A stretch of DNA of 64,000 bases from Candidatus Sericytochromatia bacterium (GTDB taxonomy: Bacteria; Cyanobacteriota; Sericytochromatia; S15B-MN24; UBA4093), in the NCBI GenBank assembly GCA_036676985.1, contig JAKFBU010000073.1:1-64000 (forward strand), in the 5' to 3' direction. The notes under the pieces were generated by a model. It was not told where the DNA came from. It searched no databases and saw only the letters and a program-made list of their open reading frames with translations. A program made the position numbers and the translations under genes. Positions 1-9,088 of this stretch are shown here, in pieces. Within the stretch, counting starts at the first letter, position 1. Every line of letters begins with the position of its first letter.

Positions 1-864
1 ATGACCCAACGCCAAGCCCCTACTAGCCCCGAGCTCGAGGAAAAGAAGCGGCTCGTCGAGAAGCTGAAGGCCGATAAAGCGGCCAAAGAGAAGGCCATCA
101 AGGACCTCGAGAACAGCCTGGTCGCCCAGAAGCAGGAAGTGACCGAAGCCCTGCACTACCTGGACAAGCTCGCCAAGGAGCAGCAGGACAAGCTCAACGC
201 CCTGCGCGCCTCCAAGGACCCGAAGGCCCAGGCCATGATCGCCGGGTTGGAGTCCAAGCTCGCCCTCTACAAGACCGTGCGCGGCGCCGCCGGCAAGTTC
301 GAGGAGTCGATGGGCACGGGAAACCTCAAGACCTTCACGGCCACGGCCCTCGTCCTGCGCCTCGCCGAGGGCGAAGCGGTGGTCGCCAACGCCAAGCTCG
401 TGCTCGAGGACCTGGTGCCCAGCATCAACGTTCTCAAGGCCGTCCTCGGTCAGCCCGCCAAGCTCGGCCCCGAGCACGCCCAGCTCGTGCCCCAGATCAA
501 GGCCCGGCTCAAGGTGAACCCTGCCCTGAACCAGCAGCTCAACGCGGCCATCCATTTCTTCATGGAAGCCGAGGCCGCGAGCAAGCAGGAGGAGGTCAAC
601 CTCCAGACCCTGCGCGGTATGCAGGGCAAGGAGGCCGTGCAGTTCGCGGCCAACACGATGAAGATCTCGAGCCTCGCGGGCAAGATCAACAACCTCCGGA
701 ATCTGCACCAGTCCTTCTCCCGGGAGCCGCTCGTCAAGAGCCTCTTCCCCGAGCAGGTCGAGATCGAGATCCCCAAGCTGCCGCCCGGCTTCAACACCCA
801 GAAGACCCAGGCCAAGCCCCTCACGGGCATCCTCATGGACATCCTCGGCATCGGCAAGAAGTAA
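1..864 (+). CDS. hypothetical protein, coiled-coil N-terminus
   Basis: 287-aa ORF with high-GC3 codon usage and a K/E/L heptad-rich N-half, followed by a hairpin at 868-901. The start is at the window edge. Confidence 0.75.
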   Translation: MTQRQAPTSPELEEKKRLVEKLKADKAAKEKAIKDLENSLVAQKQEVTEALHYLDKLAKEQQDKLNALRASKDPKAQAMIAGLESKLALYKTVRGAAGKFEESMGTGNLKTFTATALVLRLAEGEAVVANAKLVLEDLVPSINVLKAVLGQPAKLGPEHAQLVPQIKARLKVNPALNQQLNAAIHFFMEAEAASKQEEVNLQTLRGMQGKEAVQFAANTMKISSLAGKINNLRNLHQSFSREPLVKSLFPEQVEIEIPKLPPGFNTQKTQAKPLTGILMDILGIGKK

Positions 865-867
865 CAC

Positions 868-901
868 AAAGCCGCCCGGCGCTGATCGCGCCGGGCGGCT
901 T
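868..901. terminator. intrinsic terminator-like hairpin between convergent genes
   Basis: aagccgcccggcgc-tgatc-gcgccgggcggctt inverted repeat. Confidence 0.7.
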
Positions 902-911
902 ACTTAGCGGG

Positions 912-1259
912 TCAGCGGCGGGAGTTCGCCTGCCAGACCTGGTAGGCCGCACCGAGGTCGTGCCAGATGAGGGCGACGAGGGCGATGCTCAGCCAGCCAA
1001 GCCCGATGCCCACGGCCACGAGCCCGCCGCCAAGGCCCACCCCGACGCCCAGCGCCAGCGCCACGCCGAGCAGGACCGCCATGATGACGCCCCACTTGGG
1101 CTGCGGCATGGCCTGCGTCTTGCGGATGCGCATCCGGTCGCCGTACATCCGGCGCACGCCCTCGTCGGAGTCGGGCACTCCGGGCGCCGGGCGCTCGTGA
1201 CGCACCGCCTGGCGCGGCACCTGGTGGCGGGGGGATTGGGACAATCCGTTCACGGGCAT
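912..1259 (-). CDS. small membrane protein (2 TM), hypothetical
   Basis: ATG at 1259 preceded by aaggag. The C-half is a hydrophobic hairpin (WGVIMAVLLG...WLSIALVALIW). Confidence 0.65.
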   Translation of the reverse strand: MPVNGLSQSPRHQVPRQAVRHERPAPGVPDSDEGVRRMYGDRMRIRKTQAMPQPKWGVIMAVLLGVALALGVGVGLGGGLVAVGIGLGWLSIALVALIWHDLGAAYQVWQANSRR

Positions 1260-1363
1260 CGGGGTCTCTCCTTGGTCTCTCATTAGATTATAGTTAATCT
1301 CATCATAACCTTGCGTCATTCCGTTGAATATCCTTCCCGGCGGGCCTCTGGTATCATGCCGCT

Positions 1364-2683
1364 ATGCTCGATCAGGCCAAATTCACCCCCCAACCCAACG
1401 GGACGACCCCCAACGCGCTCCGCCCGGCGATCGCCGTCGGCGTGCTCCTCGACTCGCGCGAGCGCGCGGCGCTCGAGGAGCACCTGGACGAGCTCGCCCT
1501 CCTGGCGGACACCGCGGGCTTCGAGATCGTCGCGCGCGTCGTCCAGGAGCGGAAGAGCATCGATCCCGCCACCTTCATCGGCAGCGGCAAGGTCGAGGAG
1601 ATCGCGGCCCTGGCCGAGGCCCTCAATGCCGAGGCCGTCATCTTCGACGACGAGCTCTCGCCGGCGCAGGGGCGCAACCTGGAAGAGGTCATCAAGAAGC
1701 CCGTCACCGACCGGACGGGCATCATCCTCGACATCTTCGCCTCCCGGGCGCGCACCAAGGAAGCCCGTACCCAGGTCGAGCTCGCGCGGCTCCAGTACAT
1801 CCTGCCGCGCCTGACGGGCATGTGGAGCCACTTCACGCGCCAGCGTGGCGGCGGCGCCAACATGCGCGGCGAGGGCGAGACCCAGCTCGAGATGGACCGC
1901 CGGATGACCAAGGCCCGCATCGCGGACCTCCGGCGCGAGCTCGAGGAGATCCGCAAGCAGGCCGAGACCCGCCGCAAGGGGCGCGAAGAGGCCTACAAGG
2001 TCTCGCTCGTCGGCTACACCAACGCCGGCAAGTCCACCCTCATGAACGCGCTGACCGAGGCCGGGGTGCTCGCCGAGAACCGCCTGTTCGCGACCCTGGA
2101 CGCCACCATGCGCACGCTGGACCTGCCCTCCGGCGACCACGTGCTCCTGACGGACACCGTCGGCTTCATCCGCAAGCTGCCCACCAACCTGGTCGCGAGC
2201 TTCCGCTCGACCCTGGACGAGATCCTCGACGCCAACCTGGTCCTGCACGTGGTGGACGTGTCGCACCAGGCCTGGGAAGAGCACGTCCATGCCACCCACG
2301 AGGTCCTGGCCGAGCTGGGGGCGAGCGATAAGCCCATGGTGATGGTCTTCAACAAGATCGACATGATGGACGGCCCGGGCACGCGGACGCGGCTCGCGGA
2401 GCTGTATCCCGACAGCGCCGTGGTGGTCGCCGCCAAGACCGGCGAGGGCCTCGACGACCTCCTCAAGACGGTCCAGCGCCACTTCGAGGGCGATCGCCGC
2501 ACCCTCCAGCTCCGGCTCCTTCCCTCCCAGCAGAAGGCGATCGCCCTCCTGCACCAGCGGGCGCGCGTGCTCGAGACGGACTACGACGGAGACGGCAACA
2601 CCCTCTTGAAGGTCCTGATCACGGCCAAGGACCTGGGTCAGGTCGCGGCCGAGGCGGGTCACGCCCTGGATCCGATCGCCTAG
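1364..2683 (+). CDS. hflX: GTPase HflX
   Basis: [10 protein letters not shown]-loop, LFATLD, DTVGF and NKID motifs, plus the HflX N-domain ([18 protein letters not shown]). Confidence 0.97.
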   Translation: MLDQAKFTPQPNGTTPNALRPAIAVGVLLDSRERAALEEHLDELALLADTAGFEIVARVVQERKSIDPATFIGSGKVEEIAALAEALNAEAVIFDDELSPAQGRNLEEVIKKPVTDRTGIILDIFASRARTKEARTQVELARLQYILPRLTGMWSHFTRQRGGGANMRGEGETQLEMDRRMTKARIADLRRELEEIRKQAETRRKGREEAYKVSLVGYTNAGKSTLMNALTEAGVLAENRLFATLDATMRTLDLPSGDHVLLTDTVGFIRKLPTNLVASFRSTLDEILDANLVLHVVDVSHQAWEEHVHATHEVLAELGASDKPMVMVFNKIDMMDGPGTRTRLAELYPDSAVVVAAKTGEGLDDLLKTVQRHFEGDRRTLQLRLLPSQQKAIALLHQRARVLETDYDGDGNTLLKVLITAKDLGQVAAEAGHALDPIA

Positions 2684-3300
2684 ACCGATTCTCGGACGGG
2701 CTTGTGGTAGCCACAGTATTTGAACCAGCCGAATAGGTCCTTGAGGGTCACGAGGTCGAAACCCTGTACCAGCGCTTGGTACAGGGTTTCCTTCGTTCTG
2801 GCCCCTACTGAGCGAAGGTATCCCTTGATCTTCGACCAGCACTGTTCGATGGGGTTCAGATCAGGTGAATAGGGCGGCAGTAGGACCAACTGAGCGCCTC
2901 TCGCCTCGATGGCTGCTCGGACTTTGGTGTCTTTGTGGGCACCCAGGTTATCCATGAACACGATATCCCCGGGCTTTAGCTCGGGGGCCAGGCACTTCTC
3001 TGTAAAGGCGATAAAGATCTCGGCATCGGTGGCCGCCTCGATGGACAAGGCGGTGACCACGCCTGATAACCGGATCGCGCCGATGATCGTCACGTTGGGG
3101 CCGTAGTTGACGGGCGCTCTTCCCTCGGCACGCTGACCACGAGGTGCTCGTCCATACCGACGAGTCATGGCCAGGTTGACCCCGGCCTCGTCGATGAAGA
3201 TGAAGCGCTCCGGGTCGAGGTTGGACACCCACTCGAGGTAGCTTTTCCTCGCTAACTGGACGTCCGGTCTGTCTTGCTCCGCTGCTTTGACGTGTTTTTT
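2680..3300 (-). CDS. IS630 transposase ORF B (DDE domain), reached by a -1 frameshift
   Basis: The -1 frame reads [14 protein letters not shown]...FIDE...MDNLGAH...[17 protein letters not shown]. The stop codon is formed by the CTAG at the IS end. Confidence 0.9.
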   Translation of the reverse strand, partial: KKHVKAAEQDRPDVQLARKSYLEWVSNLDPERFIFIDEAGVNLAMTRRYGRAPRGQRAEGRAPVNYGPNVTIIGAIRLSGVVTALSIEAATDAEIFIAFTEKCLAPELKPGDIVFMDNLGAHKDTKVRAAIEARGAQLVLLPPYSPDLNPIEQCWSKIKGYLRSVGARTKETLYQALVQGFDLVTLKDLFGWFKYCGYHKPVRESV

Positions 3301-3698
3301 TTACGGGTCAGGCCCATCTTGGCCAGCTCACGGCGCATAGTTTCGAGGCCAACCCGTTTCCCGCGATCGGCCTCAAGCCGATCGCAAAGCTCCCGGAGAT
3401 AGGCGTCGGGGGCTGCCTCGTGTAGGCGTTTCAACGCCTCACGGTCCTCGTCCGTCAGTTTCCGAGGGGGCGACCCACCATGCGGCAACGGATCGACGGA
3501 GCCAGATGTGTCACGCCGCCTGATGTAGTTGCGAACTGTGTTGGGGTGGACCTTGAAGACCTCGGCCACGTCTTCTGCTGAAAGGCCATCGTCGTACATG
3601 GCCACTATCCGAACACGCAAATCGAGGGAGTACGATGCTTTGCTCATACTCCCTCCGTACCACTAACCCGCGCTTACAACGCCGTTCAAGCTACGGTC
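2683..3698 (-). mobile_element. IS630-family insertion sequence (~1.0 kb) with TA target duplication
   Basis: Imperfect terminal IRs (tagaccgattctcggacgggcttg versus the reverse complement of the right end, tagaccgtagcttgaacggcgttg). TA at 2681-2682 and 3699-3700. GC is lower than the flanks. Confidence 0.92.
3252..3647 (-). CDS. IS630 transposase ORF A (HTH DNA-binding part)
   Basis: [10 protein letters not shown] start and HTH; ends in TRKK at an A8 run (T8 at 3295-3302 on the + strand). Confidence 0.9.
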   Translation of the reverse strand: MSKASYSLDLRVRIVAMYDDGLSAEDVAEVFKVHPNTVRNYIRRRDTSGSVDPLPHGGSPPRKLTDEDREALKRLHEAAPDAYLRELCDRLEADRGKRVGLETMRRELAKMGLTRKKNTSKQRSKTDRTSS

Positions 3699-3713
3699 TA
3701 GCATCACGGGTAT

Positions 3714-3739
3714 TGGCCCCCTGCGAAGGCAGGGGGCCA
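3714..3739 (+). terminator. hairpin, probably the original hflX terminator displaced by the IS
   Basis: tggccccctgc-gaag-gcagggggcca just after the right TA. Confidence 0.55.
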
Positions 3740-3886
3740 TGTTGTCTGCCGGCGCGCGTCGGAACGACACCAGGCGGCAAAGCCCGTCCCCAACGGCTTT
3801 AAGCGCTCGCCTCTTCCCCAAGCTCCCGAAAAAACTTTACATGCCGCTTGTTGACACTCGTTCGCAATAAGGGGTACCCTTGATTG

Positions 3887-3917
3887 GTTGCAATTGAGAA
3901 TGATTCTTATCTGCAAC
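3887..3917. promoter_or_regulatory. Fur-box-like operator
   Basis: TGAGAAT-G-ATTCTTA (3895-3909) matches the 7-1-7 Fur consensus TGATAAT-N-ATTATCA. It lies inside a 31-bp palindrome with gttgca/tgcaac arms; TTGACA is at 3851-3856. Confidence 0.7.
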
Positions 3918-3986
3918 TGTTAGCGACCGTCCGTAGGAACGGCAACGCTCCGCCACCCAGACGCATACGCAAAGGATTTCGCCCCC

Positions 3987-5177
3987 ATGAAGTACCCAGC
4001 ACTCGCCCTTGCCGCTCTGTCGCTCTTCCTCGCCGCTCCGGCGATGGCCCAGGGGACCGCCTCCTCGGTGAGCGCCGACGCCCCCGAGATCGAATCCAGC
4101 AAGGGGCCCGGCGGCCGCAACATCACCGCGTTCGATCGCCGCGCCCAGACCCGCGTCGGCGGCTACTTCGACAACGAGTTCACGCTGCCCCTTCACGGCG
4201 CCGGCAGGAGCACCTTCAAGGCCCACCGCCTCATCCTCCAGGCGTCGAGCTACCTGCACGACAACCTGATGTTCAACACCGAGATCGAGTACGAGTACGG
4301 CGGCCTCATCAACACGCTTAGCAACGACGGCGAGCTCAAGATCGAGCAGGCCTGGGCCGACTACAAGATCTCCGACGCCCTCAGCCTGCGCGGCGGCGTG
4401 GTCCTGATCCCCTTCGGCATCGTCAACGTCCTGCATGACTCGGATGTCCGCGAGACGACCACCCGGCCCCTGATGGCCTCCGCCATCGTCCCCTCGACCT
4501 GGATGGACACGGGCGCGGGCTTGCATGGCGTCGTGTTCCCCACCGAGGAGCTGCAGCTCTCGTACGAGGCCTACGTCACCAACGGCATCAACAACAAGAT
4601 CAGCGCCGCCAGCGGCATCCGCAACGCGCGGCCCAGCATGAAGGACGACAACAACGGCAACAAGGCCGTGTCCGGTCGCGTGGGCATCAGCCCCTTCCTC
4701 GGCCTCGAGGTCGGCCTGAGCGGCTACCGCGGCAACTACGACGAGACCCGGGCCATGACCATGGCCGGCGCGGACATCTCCTGGACCGCCGGTCCCGTGG
4801 AGCTCATCGGCGAATACGCCAACATCCAGACCGAGGGCGGCACCTGGCTCAACAACACCACGCCTACCACCATCCCTGGTAGCATGGACGGTTACTACCT
4901 CGAGGGTCGCTATCGCTTCTTCCCGGAGGTGCTCCACAACACCTTCCTGGGTCGCGGCGGCGGCTTCCCGCAGGCTTCCATGGCCCTCGTCACCCGCTAC
5001 GGCACGGCGGACACCAACAAGGCCGCCGCGGGTACCACGGACAAGGACGAGTGGGTCTGGGCCATCAACTACCGCCCGATCCCGACGTTCGTGACCAAGC
5101 TCGAGTACCAGCGCTTGGGCGATCCGGTCGGCGGCCCCAAGGACGCCATCTGGAGCTCGGTGGCCGTCGGCTTCTAA
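3987..5177 (+). CDS. outer-membrane beta-barrel porin (OprO/OprP-like)
   Basis: Sec signal (AMA), amphipathic strands (FNTEIEYEYGG, IEQAWADY), C-terminal Phe. Confidence 0.8.
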   Translation: MKYPALALAALSLFLAAPAMAQGTASSVSADAPEIESSKGPGGRNITAFDRRAQTRVGGYFDNEFTLPLHGAGRSTFKAHRLILQASSYLHDNLMFNTEIEYEYGGLINTLSNDGELKIEQAWADYKISDALSLRGGVVLIPFGIVNVLHDSDVRETTTRPLMASAIVPSTWMDTGAGLHGVVFPTEELQLSYEAYVTNGINNKISAASGIRNARPSMKDDNNGNKAVSGRVGISPFLGLEVGLSGYRGNYDETRAMTMAGADISWTAGPVELIGEYANIQTEGGTWLNNTTPTTIPGSMDGYYLEGRYRFFPEVLHNTFLGRGGGFPQASMALVTRYGTADTNKAAAGTTDKDEWVWAINYRPIPTFVTKLEYQRLGDPVGGPKDAIWSSVAVGF

Positions 5178-5202
5178 GGCCCGCACTCACTAAGGAAGAG
5201 AC

Positions 5203-5766
5203 ATGAGGTTCTTGCTACCGCTTCTCGCTCTTGTCCTCGTGGCGATCGCCCCCCCGGCGATCGCCGACGAGCCCCCCGAACGCTACGAACAGGTCTACCT
5301 GACCCAGGAGCAGGCGCTCAAGGTCGCCCTGCCCCCTTCGGATCAGGTGGTGACTCGCACGATCAAGCCCTCCGCCGAGGAGCGCAAGGCCGTCGAGCGC
5401 CGGATCGGTCGAAAGCTCGCGGAGGACTCGTACACGGTGTACGAGAGCCGGAGCGGCGGCAAGGCCACCGGTTACGCCCTCATCATGGACGAGCAGGGCA
5501 AGTACTACCCGATCACCTTCGTCGTCGGCCTCATGCCCGACGGCGAGGTGCGGGAGGTCGCCATCATGGTGTACCGCGAAAAGCGCGGCGACGCGGTCAA
5601 GCGCCGCCGCTTCCTCAACCAGTTCCTCGGCAAGAGCGCCGAGGATCCCCTCATGGTCAACCGCGACATCGTGCACCTGACGGGTGCGACGGTTTCCTCG
5701 TGGTCGATCGCGGCCGGCGTCAAGAAGGCGACGGTCCTCTTCGACGAAGTCATCCGGCCCCGGTAG
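5203..5766 (+). CDS. periplasmic FMN-binding (flavinylated) protein
   Basis: Signal peptide and an FMN_bind-type domain with the [S/T]GA[S/T] flavinylation motif (LTGATVSS). Confidence 0.85.
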   Translation: MRFLLPLLALVLVAIAPPAIADEPPERYEQVYLTQEQALKVALPPSDQVVTRTIKPSAEERKAVERRIGRKLAEDSYTVYESRSGGKATGYALIMDEQGKYYPITFVVGLMPDGEVREVAIMVYREKRGDAVKRRRFLNQFLGKSAEDPLMVNRDIVHLTGATVSSWSIAAGVKKATVLFDEVIRPR

Positions 5767-5772
5767 CCCGTC

Positions 5773-6546
5773 ATGACCAAGACCATGCTCACGCTCCACC
5801 GCTGGCTCGGCCTCGTGGCTGGGCTCATGATCCTGATTGCCGCTGGCACCGCCATCGGGCTCAACCATCAGGACTGGCTGAAGCGCCCGAGCGCCAAGAC
5901 GGCAGCGAGCTCGCCCTTCCAGAAGTACGTCCTTTCGACGGCCGTCGACCCCACCGAGCCCAACCGGGTGCTCGTGGGCACCAACGACGGCCTCTTCCGC
6001 TCTTTGGACAGCGGCAAGACCTGGGAAGAAGCGGTCCTGCCCGTACCCGCCGAGCAGGTCGGCACCATCCAATTCGATCCGCGCGAGCGGGGCGTGGTCT
6101 ACGTCACCCTCCGCTCCATCGGCGTCTTCCGATCCACGGACCACGGCGACATCTGGGAGGAGCTGACGCTTCCCTTCTATCCGCCCGAGGGCACCCAGGT
6201 GACGGGCCTCTCCATCGCCGGAGACGGCGGCCTCCTGATGGCCACCACCGAGGGCCTGTTCCGCAAGCCCGCGGGCAGCGACACCTGGCAGCTCGAAGGC
6301 AAGTCCGCCGCTCCCAGGGCAGAGAGCGGCAACCGCGCGCTGCAGCTCGTCTACGACCTGCATGACGGCCGCTTCTGGGGAACCTACGGGGTGCCCATCA
6401 CCGATTCGGTCTCGGTAGCGCTCATCGTGCTGGTGCTGACGGGCTACATCCTCTTCTTCGGACGTTTCCTGCGCATCCGCATGGCCCGCCGCCGCTCGAT
6501 CACCCTGGTGCGGGAGACCCCTTCCCTCGATCCCCAGAAGCCATGA
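5773..6546 (+). CDS. PepSY-associated TM helix protein with BNR/Asp-box insert
   Basis: N-terminal LHRWLGL helix, C-terminal LVYDLHDGRFWG plus TM, and Asp-boxes SLDSGKTW and STDHGDIW. Confidence 0.8.
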   Translation: MTKTMLTLHRWLGLVAGLMILIAAGTAIGLNHQDWLKRPSAKTAASSPFQKYVLSTAVDPTEPNRVLVGTNDGLFRSLDSGKTWEEAVLPVPAEQVGTIQFDPRERGVVYVTLRSIGVFRSTDHGDIWEELTLPFYPPEGTQVTGLSIAGDGGLLMATTEGLFRKPAGSDTWQLEGKSAAPRAESGNRALQLVYDLHDGRFWGTYGVPITDSVSVALIVLVLTGYILFFGRFLRIRMARRRSITLVRETPSLDPQKP

Positions 6547-7574
6547 GCGCCCGTCGCCCCGTCACACACCGCGCGGCCACCCTGGGGATCGCGCTCCTGT
6601 TGCTCGGGGCGCCGGTCGCAAGAGCTGCCGACGAGTGGGTCACGCAAGCCCGCTACGTCATGGGCACGGTCTGGACGGTCGAAACCCGCGGACCCAGGAG
6701 CGACGAGGCCATCGAAGGCGCCTTCACCGAGATCCGCCGGCTGGATGCGCTCCTCAGCACCTACCGCCCTGAGAGCGAGCTGTCGCGCGTGAACCGCTCC
6801 GCCGCCAAGGGCTGGGTTCCCGTGTCGTCCGAGACCTATGCCCTGCTCGAGCGCTCTTTCGGCTACTCGAAGGAGAGCGAGGGGGCCTTCGACCCCACGG
6901 TCGGCACCCTGATCCGGGCCTGGGGGTTCAAGTACCTGGACTACCACATGCCCGCTCCCTCGGTGGTCGAGGCTGCGCGGGCCAAGGTCGGCTTCCGCAA
7001 GGTTCGTCTCGATCCGCAGAAGGGCGTCCGCTTCGATGTCCCGGGCCTGGAGCTGGATCTCGGGGCGATCGCCAAGGGCTATGCCGTAGATCGCGCACTC
7101 GATCACCTGAAGCGCATGGGCGCCGTCTCCGCCCGCGTGGACGCCGGCGGAAACCAGGGAGTGTGGGGCACCGGTCCCACCCGTGCCGAGTGGATGTTCG
7201 GCATCAAGCACCCGCGCGAGGACGGCGAGATCCTGGGCGCCGTACCGCTCGCGGCGGGGGCCGTCTCGACCTCCGGTGACGCGGAGCGCGGCTTCTGGCA
7301 CGAGGGCGTGCGCTACGGGCACATCGTGGATCCACACTCGGGACGGCCCGTCTCGGGCATGCTCAGCGTCACGGTCGTCTCCCCCACGGCCGAGGAGGCG
7401 GACGCCCTCTCCACGGCCCTTTACGTGCTCGGCGTCGAGAAGGGGAAGCGCCTCTTGCGCGATCGCCACCCCGGCAGCCATGCGCTCTTCGTCCAAGCCG
7501 GCAAGACACCGGGCACCTTCACCTACGCCACGAGCGACGGCTTTCGCTGGCATCCCCAATTTCCTGAACGGTAA
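6543..7574 (+). CDS. apbE: FAD:protein FMN transferase ApbE
   Basis: MGT, FDPTVG, DLGAIAKGYAVD, STSG, HIVDP and ADALSTA motifs. Confidence 0.95.
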   Translation: MSARRPVTHRAATLGIALLLLGAPVARAADEWVTQARYVMGTVWTVETRGPRSDEAIEGAFTEIRRLDALLSTYRPESELSRVNRSAAKGWVPVSSETYALLERSFGYSKESEGAFDPTVGTLIRAWGFKYLDYHMPAPSVVEAARAKVGFRKVRLDPQKGVRFDVPGLELDLGAIAKGYAVDRALDHLKRMGAVSARVDAGGNQGVWGTGPTRAEWMFGIKHPREDGEILGAVPLAAGAVSTSGDAERGFWHEGVRYGHIVDPHSGRPVSGMLSVTVVSPTAEEADALSTALYVLGVEKGKRLLRDRHPGSHALFVQAGKTPGTFTYATSDGFRWHPQFPER

Positions 7575-7612
7575 GACCATTCGGAAGCCGGGTCCCCTGG
7601 CTGAAAGAGGGC

Positions 7613-7689
7613 GTCATCCCGACGAAAGCCGGAATCCAGGGTTGGCTCTTTGGGCGCATGCCCTGGCCCCCGGCTTTCGCCGGGGCGCC
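7613..7689. repeat. REP-like inverted pair (family A)
   Basis: gtcatcccgacgaaagccggaatccag (7613-7639) and an inverted copy ctggcccccggctttcgccggggcgcc (7663-7689). Confidence 0.7.
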
Positions 7690-7726
7690 CCACCCGCTCG
7701 GAATTTGCTGATGCCACCAGCGGCAG

Positions 7727-7767
7727 AACAAAAGAGGACCGTCCTTGCGGACGGTCCTCTTTTGTTT
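7727..7767. terminator. bidirectional intrinsic terminator
   Basis: aacaaaagaggaccgtcc-ttgc-ggacggtcctcttttgttt. Confidence 0.85.
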
Positions 7768-7798
7768 GGGGAAGGAGGGATGGGGGGTTGGGGAAGGG

Positions 7799-8905
7799 TT
7801 ACTTGGTGCCGAGGTACACGTTGTCGATGCTCGGGGCATCCATCGTGTCCGTGCCGAGGTAGTAGTCGTAGGTGTAGCGGAAGCGAACCTTGACCGTGGC
7901 CGACTTGTAGGCGCTCAGGTCCACCTCGACACGCTTCCAGTCGAGCTGGCTGCCGGACTGGCTGTACACCTGGGCCCAGGTCGTACCGCCATCGGCCGAG
8001 GCATCCACCTCGAACTTACCGGTCTTGAAGTAGTACTGTGCGGTGAACTTGGCGAGGTCGAAGCGCAGGACGGGCTGGCTGGCACCCGAGAGGTTGAACG
8101 AGCTGGCGAGGGCCATCGCGTAGGTGCCGGTCTCCGTCACCTTGCCGGTCGTACCGCCGGGCGTCGCGCCACGGGTGCCGCCGTTCGAGGCGAAGGTCGA
8201 GGCGCTCCAGTTGGTCGTCGCCGCGGTCGCCGAGCTGTACGAGCTCTTGGTCCAGCTGGCCTGCCAGTTGCCGAAGCCGCCCTCGAAGTCGTCGCTGAAC
8301 GAGGCCGCCGTCGAAGGAGCGGGGGTCGGAACCGGGGTGGGCGCCGGGGTCGGCGTAGGCAGGGGACCGGGAGTGGCGGACGGCGCCGGGGTCGGCGCGG
8401 TGCCGTCCTCGATGGTCACGCCGAGGCTGATGCTGCCCTGGCCGGTCGAGCCGCCGCCGCTGAGCTTGAGCTTCAGAGCGACAGGCGTGGTCACGCCAGT
8501 CTGGACGCTGACGGCATCCTGCTCGGCCGTGCCGATGACCGCGTAAAACTTGTCCAGGGCGTCGATCCGCACCTTGTAGGCGCCGGCGGCGAGGCCGTCG
8601 AAGACCGCGTCCTTGGTCATGGGCCAGGTGAAGATCTGGTTCTTGGGGTAGTTGAGCGCTCCGCCCGAGACCGTGATCGAGATGTGGTTGATGTCGCCCG
8701 ACGTGGCGGCCGTCTGGTAGCCGCTGTTGAAGCGAAGGACGATCGAGCCGGTGCGGGCCGCGTCGATGGTGATGGGGGCGCTGGCGGCGCCGGGCGCCTC
8801 GGCCACGGGGGCCAGCGGATACGAGCCGCAGCCCGTGAGATAAGCCGCGAGGCCCACCGTCAGTGCAACGTTGAAAAAGTGCTTCTTGAACATCATCCCC
8901 ACCAA
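7799..8905 (-). CDS. lipoprotein: Ig-like N-domain, Pro/Thr linker, jelly-roll/MAM-like C-domain
   Basis: Lipobox LTGC, PT-rich linker, and FSDDFEGGFGNW...SADGGTTW...VDLSAY...IDNV. Confidence 0.75.
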   Translation of the reverse strand: MVGMMFKKHFFNVALTVGLAAYLTGCGSYPLAPVAEAPGAASAPITIDAARTGSIVLRFNSGYQTAATSGDINHISITVSGGALNYPKNQIFTWPMTKDAVFDGLAAGAYKVRIDALDKFYAVIGTAEQDAVSVQTGVTTPVALKLKLSGGGSTGQGSISLGVTIEDGTAPTPAPSATPGPLPTPTPAPTPVPTPAPSTAASFSDDFEGGFGNWQASWTKSSYSSATAATTNWSASTFASNGGTRGATPGGTTGKVTETGTYAMALASSFNLSGASQPVLRFDLAKFTAQYYFKTGKFEVDASADGGTTWAQVYSQSGSQLDWKRVEVDLSAYKSATVKVRFRYTYDYYLGTDTMDAPSIDNVYLGTK

Positions 8906-9088
8906 ACCTTTCAGAAAATCCCTTCCCTTGCTCTTGTTGTCCGACGTTTCGCGCGAAAGGTTCTTATGACCGCTTTAAGCTTGGTCGCTAGAGAGGTTAA
9001 TTCTTCGAGGTGGGGATCATAACCCTGGGCAGGCAAAACGACGCGGCGACCCCGCCATGCGAGGCCGCTGCCGTCCATCGGTCGTCGT

